64,000 bases of DNA, taken from NCBI GenBank assembly GCA_963718895.1, contig CAVRAG010000008.1:864001-928000 (forward strand), in the 5' to 3' direction. The DNA comes from an uncultured Nitrososphaerota archaeon (GTDB lineage Archaea; Thermoproteota; Nitrososphaeria; Nitrososphaerales; Gagatemarchaeaceae). This document shows positions 58,645-64,000 of this stretch, in pieces. The notes beneath the pieces are model-generated. The model was not told where the DNA came from. It saw only the letters and a list, made by a program, of their open reading frames with translations, and ran no database searches. How positions within the stretch are numbered: position 1 is the first letter of the stretch; each line of letters starts with the position of its first letter. Both the position numbers and the translations under genes were made by a program.

Positions 58645-60822
58645 ATGGTGCGCCCCCGGTCGAGACCAGAGGATGCTTATAGGCAGGCGCTGTTCCATTC
58701 TCGGCTCGAGAGCCTGTTATCGAGACTCCGGGGTCGGACGGTCATCCTCATCGCGCTGCTCATCGTCGTGCCTTTCGCCGCGATATCAACAGCCCTGCCG
58801 GCCCATGCCGGAGGGTCGGGCCCGGTCTGCCCGGCGGGGACGTCCTACGACTCTGTGGCAGGCGACTGCAGTGGGTCGGCCACCTGCCCGGCGGGCTTCG
58901 TGAACACGGGCCCCAAGTGCGAAGGGTACGCCACCGGGTACTGTCCCTCAGGATATTCCTATGAGGCGGTCTTCGATTCTTGCGTCACTTGCCCGACCGG
59001 CACGAACTTCAACCCGCTGGCTGGCAACTTCTGCTCGGCACCCCCCATCTGTCCGCCCGGCTTCGCGAACATAGGCCCCAAGTGCGAGGGCTATGGCACC
59101 GGATACTGTCCGTCGGGCTACTCCTACGAGGCGGTCTTCGACTCCTGCGTCACATGCCCTGCGGGGACGAACTTCGATCCTTCAGCCGGCAACTTCTGCG
59201 CAACGCCCGCCATCTGTCCACCCGGAACGACCCTCACGGGGTCGACATGTTCAGACGGGTCCAAGCCGACGTGCCCCACCGGCACAGGTACGACGTTCAA
59301 CACGACCTACGACGATTGCAGTTTACCCTCTACCACGACGCCCTACCTGTGCGAGGCAGGAACGTACAACGACAGTGGGCGGTCCTGCCAGTCCATACCG
59401 ACCTGTCCAGCAGGCACGGCCTTCGACACGACCTACGACGTGTGCAGCGTACCGTCCACGACGACTCCCTATCTGTGCGAGGCGGGGACATACAACGACA
59501 GCGGGAGGGCCTGCCAGTCCATACCTGCTTGCCCCTCGGGGACGAGCCTCACCGCTCCTTCGTATCTCTGCATCGCCGGGGCATCTTTCCCATGCCTCGT
59601 AACCTCGGCCCTCGGCACATTGAGCATATGCACGGTGATCGGCCAGCCGGACCTGACTGCCCTGGCCGCCGGTAAACCCCCCAGTGCCACCTCGATCGGC
59701 AATCCGACGGCGGTCGCCCTTGACTCCAAGGGAGACCTCTGGGTCGTCGACAACAGCAATGCTCGGGTCCTGGAGTACAAGCCTCCCTTCTCGACAGACG
59801 AGGCCGCCAGCCTGGTCATTGGCCAGACGAGCCTCACCGGGTCGGGGGACTCGTCGCCGGCAGGGAGCCTTTACGGCCCCACGGGCCTCGCGTTTGACTC
59901 GGCCGGGAACCTATGGGTGGTCGACACGGGCAACGACAGGGTCCTCGAGTTCAAGGCCCCGTTCTCCGACGGGGAGATGGCGTCCCTCGTCCTGGGGCAA
60001 CCCACCTTCGGCGGGTACATCGGGCAGACGACCGCCGCGGGTATGAACTCCCCCTCCTATCTTGCGTTCGACCCGAGCGGGAACCTGTGGGTAACCGACC
60101 AGGGCAACAACAGGGTGCTCGAGTTCACGACCCCCTTCTCGATCGGCCAGAAGGCATCGGTGGTCCTCGGCCAGTCGAACTTCACCTCGCTCGCCCCGGC
60201 ATCGGGCGCGAAAGGCCTGTTCGAGCCCCTCGGGATCGGGTTCGACTCGAAGGGAGACCTGTGGGTGGTCGACAGCGCGAACCACCGCATCCTCGAATAT
60301 GGCGCCCCGTTCTCGACCGATGAATCCGCCAGCGTCGTCATCGGCCAGCCCGACTTCAGCGGAGGGGCCGGGAGCGCCACGGGGAGCAATGTCTATGCAA
60401 TCACGTTCGACTCGGGCGGCAACCTCTGGGTCTCGGACGGGATTAACGGGGTCGCGGAGTACGCGGCTCCCCTGTCGACTGCCGAGATAGGCAGCCAGAT
60501 GATAGGCCCGAAGACCGTCACGGGCAACGGCACGACGCCGGGCTCCAGGCTGAGCGACCCTCAGGGCCTCGCGTTCGACTCGGGCGGCAACCTCTGGATT
60601 GCGGACTACGGACACGGGAGGGTCCTGGAGTACGGCAGTGGCGCCCCATCCTCCACAACATCCAGTTCGTCCTCGTCGACCACATCCTCAGGCACATCTG
60701 GGGGAGGAGTGCCGGTCTTCCCCTACCAACCCGTCATTGCGGCGACCTTCACCGTCCTTCTGGTAGCCTCCTACCTGCTCATCCGCCGCCGCACAGGGCC
60801 GTGGGACCACGGTCCTCGCTGA
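58645..60822 (+). CDS. Surface protein: Cys-rich tandem repeats + NHL beta-propeller + PEF-CTERM-like anchor
   Basis: Duplicated CPxG Cys-rich units, NHL repeats PxGLAFDSxGNLWVxDxxNxRVLE, GVPVFP + TM + RRR. Confidence 0.85.
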   Translation: MVRPRSRPEDAYRQALFHSRLESLLSRLRGRTVILIALLIVVPFAAISTALPAHAGGSGPVCPAGTSYDSVAGDCSGSATCPAGFVNTGPKCEGYATGYCPSGYSYEAVFDSCVTCPTGTNFNPLAGNFCSAPPICPPGFANIGPKCEGYGTGYCPSGYSYEAVFDSCVTCPAGTNFDPSAGNFCATPAICPPGTTLTGSTCSDGSKPTCPTGTGTTFNTTYDDCSLPSTTTPYLCEAGTYNDSGRSCQSIPTCPAGTAFDTTYDVCSVPSTTTPYLCEAGTYNDSGRACQSIPACPSGTSLTAPSYLCIAGASFPCLVTSALGTLSICTVIGQPDLTALAAGKPPSATSIGNPTAVALDSKGDLWVVDNSNARVLEYKPPFSTDEAASLVIGQTSLTGSGDSSPAGSLYGPTGLAFDSAGNLWVVDTGNDRVLEFKAPFSDGEMASLVLGQPTFGGYIGQTTAAGMNSPSYLAFDPSGNLWVTDQGNNRVLEFTTPFSIGQKASVVLGQSNFTSLAPASGAKGLFEPLGIGFDSKGDLWVVDSANHRILEYGAPFSTDESASVVIGQPDFSGGAGSATGSNVYAITFDSGGNLWVSDGINGVAEYAAPLSTAEIGSQMIGPKTVTGNGTTPGSRLSDPQGLAFDSGGNLWIADYGHGRVLEYGSGAPSSTTSSSSSSTTSSGTSGGGVPVFPYQPVIAATFTVLLVASYLLIRRRTGPWDHGPR

Positions 60823-60946
60823 GGGACAGGTCCTCCAGGACGGGAGGTCCCTCTCGCCGAGGCGTCCGCTCCCCTCTCTTTCTCCCACCGTAAGAAAGGG
60901 GGTCCAGCTTAACTACAAGTGGCCTCAAGGACACTCCAGACACACT

Positions 60947-61333
60947 ATGAGCGCAGTGGAACAGGACGCAAAGACAACGGTTGAAGAGCTCCTGAAGGTG
61001 ATCTCGACGAAGAACGTCATCGCCGATCCCATCGAGGTCGGCGACAACGTGGTCATCACGATCACCAAGGTCGGTCTCGGCTTCGGGACTGGTGCAGGCG
61101 AGGGGAAGGGGGAGAAGGGCGAGGCGGGCAGCGGGAGAGGGATGGGAGGGGTGGCCGGCGTCAGCCCGGTGGCCGTGATCATCGTCCACAAGTCGATGAT
61201 GGGGCCCGAGGGCGTCGAGGTCAAGTCGCTGGTGCCGCCGAGCGCGGTCGGAAAGGCCATCGGCGAGATCGCCTCGACGATCATGGAACGGGTCGGCAAG
61301 TCAAAGCCCAAGACCGAGAAGAAAGCCGAGTAG
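60947..61333 (+). CDS. GerW/YtfJ family protein
   Basis: VIADPIEVG..KVGLGFGTGAG..GGVAGVSPVAVI. Confidence 0.85.
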   Translation: MSAVEQDAKTTVEELLKVISTKNVIADPIEVGDNVVITITKVGLGFGTGAGEGKGEKGEAGSGRGMGGVAGVSPVAVIIVHKSMMGPEGVEVKSLVPPSAVGKAIGEIASTIMERVGKSKPKTEKKAE

Positions 61334-61417
61334 CCGGGTCGAGGAGGGAGACGGTCGCCCTTACTGCTCGAACTTCTGGCGATTGTCCTTCTCGCGTTCC
61401 TCGGCCTGATAGTTGCT

Positions 61418-61960
61418 GTGCTCCTGATCCCGTTCGAGGTCGTCTTCGAGGGGTCAAGGACCGGCTCCTCCCAGGAGAGCAGCATCGCAATCCGGTGGCT
61501 CGGCCTCACCCTCAGGCGGGTCAGACCCGGAAACCGGGCGGAGAAGCCTCGGAAGGCGAAGCCCTCAGAGGACCTGGACTCGAAGAAGACCGGGTTTGAC
61601 CCCCGTCGTCTCTGGAGGATACTCACGCTGCTCCGGGACTCGACCGCACCCCTATCGATCATCGCGAGGTCCTTCCCAAAGGCGGTCTCGGTCAGAAGGA
61701 TCTCCATCGACCTGACCTTCGGGCTCGGCGACCCGGCCGAGACTGCGCTGGCCGCAGGATACATCTGGTCGTTTGCCTGGATCCTCGACCGGTCGGCTAG
61801 GATCTCGCTGGCCGTGCACCCTGACATGGAGGCCCTCCGGCTGGACGGGTCGGTCTTTGCGCAGCTGAGGGTGAGGCTGTTCCCCCTCGTCTCAGCTTTC
61901 GTGAGGGCCTACCTGCACAGGTCCTTTCGGTCGCTGATCAGGGAGGTCAGAAGCCGGTGA
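61418..61960 (+). CDS. DUF2953-like protein
   Basis: FGLGDPAETALAAG..VHPD; usual neighbour of GerW; start may lie further upstream. Confidence 0.75.
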   Translation: MLLIPFEVVFEGSRTGSSQESSIAIRWLGLTLRRVRPGNRAEKPRKAKPSEDLDSKKTGFDPRRLWRILTLLRDSTAPLSIIARSFPKAVSVRRISIDLTFGLGDPAETALAAGYIWSFAWILDRSARISLAVHPDMEALRLDGSVFAQLRVRLFPLVSAFVRAYLHRSFRSLIREVRSR

Positions 61961-62241
61961 TGGACGTCCAGAGGGAGACGAGGATGCAGGCGGACGCGTC
62001 CTTCACCGTGGGGGAGAGGGTCTTCTACGTCGTATGCGAGGTCTCCACCATGAAGGCCTTCGGGGGGAAGGCCGGCGGGACCATGGTCTCTCCGGCGGCC
62101 CTGCTGGTCGATGAGGGCGGACGCCTCTACTCGGTGCCCCTCGGAGCGGAGGAGATGGATGTCGAGGAGATCCTCCGCCTCGTACCATCGTTGAAGGATA
62201 AGACCCGGCCAGTTCCGGACCCTGAGCCAGGCTCAATATAG
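61957..62241 (+). CDS. Small GerW/YtfJ-related protein
   Basis: FTVGERVF..GTMVSPAALLV. Confidence 0.55.
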   Translation: MMDVQRETRMQADASFTVGERVFYVVCEVSTMKAFGGKAGGTMVSPAALLVDEGGRLYSVPLGAEEMDVEEILRLVPSLKDKTRPVPDPEPGSI

Positions 62242-62373
62242 GCGACCGTAGGGTGAACTAGGCTCCGGGAGGCCGACCGACCATCCGCCTTCTTTCCCAT
62301 ATCAAACAACCCCCGGTGTCATGTGAATTCTAAATTCATGTCTCTGAATTTCGGATTCGTACGGCTTGGGATC

Positions 62374-63528
62374 TCAATCAGCTCGTCCTGTCGATATGGG
62401 TGGCCCGTGCTGGCTCTGGATCTCCGCCTCGACCAGCAGTCCCCGGGGTCGTCGGCGCAAGATGAGCAGGACGAACGCGATGCCCGTTATCACCAACAGG
62501 AACTGAAAGGAGGCGATCCTCCACATCACGATCCCTGCCCACGAGGAGAACCCGAAGACGGACGAGAGGTACGACTGGACTGCGAGCTCCATTACCCCGG
62601 AGCCTCCTATGGAGATCGGTATCGCCGACATCGTGACACCCCCATAGGCTACGAGCGTAGACGATAGGAGGTCGATCTTCACGTCCGCGGCGGAGAGGAC
62701 GATCCAGAGCGACAGGCCAATCAAGATGGCCTCGACCGCGCTGAGGGCGAAGACCGCCGCTGCCAGAGGTAGCGACTCCCTGCGCAGCATCGCACGCGCC
62801 GCCACGGAGAACCCCTCGGCGCCCTTCTCGAAGGTCCTCATGAGATGGCGCGCCCTTGTCCTGCCCATCAACCGCGAGGCGACGCGGAACATCCAAGTGG
62901 GGACCCTGAGAGGACCCCTCATCGCCGGTAATAGGAAGACGACGGTGTAAGCCGCGGTCAGGAGAATCACGACGACCATGATGACAGAGCCGACGGCGAG
63001 CGCACCTCTCGAGAGCGCGTAGATCGATGCCACGAGCCCGAGGGCCGAGGCGACGTAGACCTCGGATATGAGCTCGAAGTAGCCGATCCAGAAAGCCTTG
63101 CCGACCTCTACCCCCCTCGAGTTCAGCCACGCTCCGCGCAGGAACTCTCCCCCGCTCATCGAAGGCGTCGAGAGGGCGATGAACTCGCTCGCCATTCGGG
63201 CGGTGGCGAGCCCGCTCAGGTCCTTGTGAGGGTCAACGAGCCTCGTCGCCACCAGCCTGAACCTGATTACCTGGACCAACAGCCGGCCCACGGAGACTGC
63301 CGCAGCCGCGAAGAAAGCGACGTAGCCAATCTTCTCCAAGTCCGAGAGATTCACGCCTGATAGCAACGAGATCGCCAGGATGACAGTGGTGCTCACGACA
63401 AGACCGGCGATGGCCCAGGAGACCGCCCGCTTGGGCAACCCGAGGTCGCTCGCCGAGCTGCTCCCACCCTTGCGGGCCATCCCAATCTCTCGAGCATCTC
63501 TTGTGGCACCCACCTCGCTCACCGACAC
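62374..63528 (-). CDS. Lysylphosphatidylglycerol synthase TM region / UPF0104 flippase-like membrane protein
   Basis: TPSMSGGEFLR, IPISIGGSGVME, WRIASF. Confidence 0.85.
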   Translation of the reverse strand: MSVSEVGATRDAREIGMARKGGSSSASDLGLPKRAVSWAIAGLVVSTTVILAISLLSGVNLSDLEKIGYVAFFAAAAVSVGRLLVQVIRFRLVATRLVDPHKDLSGLATARMASEFIALSTPSMSGGEFLRGAWLNSRGVEVGKAFWIGYFELISEVYVASALGLVASIYALSRGALAVGSVIMVVVILLTAAYTVVFLLPAMRGPLRVPTWMFRVASRLMGRTRARHLMRTFEKGAEGFSVAARAMLRRESLPLAAAVFALSAVEAILIGLSLWIVLSAADVKIDLLSSTLVAYGGVTMSAIPISIGGSGVMELAVQSYLSSVFGFSSWAGIVMWRIASFQFLLVITGIAFVLLILRRRPRGLLVEAEIQSQHGPPISTGRAD

Positions 63529-64000
63529 CTAGACAGTGGCTCCTCCACGGGCGCAGTCACCGGCCGCCTGGAAGGCGGCAAGGGGAAGCAGAGCCAGGGG
63601 TGCGCAACTGCGGCTGCTTGCGGCACGTGGGCCGCAAGGACGATCGGGAGACGCGAGCCCTGGTTCGCTGAACGGGATTCCAGTTCAGGCTGGGGCAGCT
63701 GGATCGACTTCTCGCCTGCCTGGCTGACATACCATCTGGGCGTCGCAGGGGCTTAAATGACTAATCTACGAATTTCTTCGCCGCCGGTTCAGAAAGATGA
63801 TTCGGGATGTGGACGAGCGCCGGCTCAATGGCTCCCGGAGTCGTCGAGGCGGGACAGGTACATTCCCGCCCACCTTGCCCGCGGGGGTCAGTAGAAGGAA
63901 CGCCCCGACCTCAGCGCGTCGGGAGGGAGCTCCGTTCGGCCTCAGAGTGGTTTTGGCATGACCAGCATGACCTTGGCGAACTCCTCGATGAGTTCCGCCA

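Noticed and set aside
60947-62241. GerW/YtfJ 'sporulation' genes as evidence of sporulation
   Set aside because: GerW with DUF2953 occurs in non-sporulating prokaryotes, including archaea.
63942-64000. Possible 3' end of a minus-strand CDS (..AELIEEFAKVMLVMPKPL*)
   Set aside because: Only about 19 codons lie inside the window; not identifiable.

Overview
GC-rich archaeal DNA (tetraether lipid synthase, TFB, KaiC- and RadA-like ATPases, VapBC/HicAB). It is probably a deep-branching Nitrososphaerota MAG; this is an inference. Single-base frameshifts are frequent and look like long-read errors. The window is a large plasticity zone: surface proteins, about 11 toxin-antitoxin modules (many decayed), a restriction-modification/DpnI defence cluster and LAGLIDADG-like genes. 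The main unexplained structure is a set of orphan gene ends. The last 46-81 bp of the tes gene recur four times over 40 kb downstream of the intact gene, with largely synonymous divergence and different cargo between copies. The 3' end of a HerA-like ATPase recurs three times. Orphan ends of a macrodomain, a beta-propeller and a TFB gene are also present, and several orphan ends start within about 3-20 bp of a cargo stop codon. No integrase is recognisable. Two strongly AT-recoded patches lie inside the tes 3' region. The island carries an operon for a degenerate HerA paralog, a RadA paralog and a membrane protein, plus two intact HerA-like ATPases. Together these suggest a gene-anchored, integrase-independent cassette-accretion system. 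A tandem pair of KaiC-like ATPase plus 7TM receptor-like modules is a second candidate system. Family assignments rest on motif recognition by eye; no searches were run.
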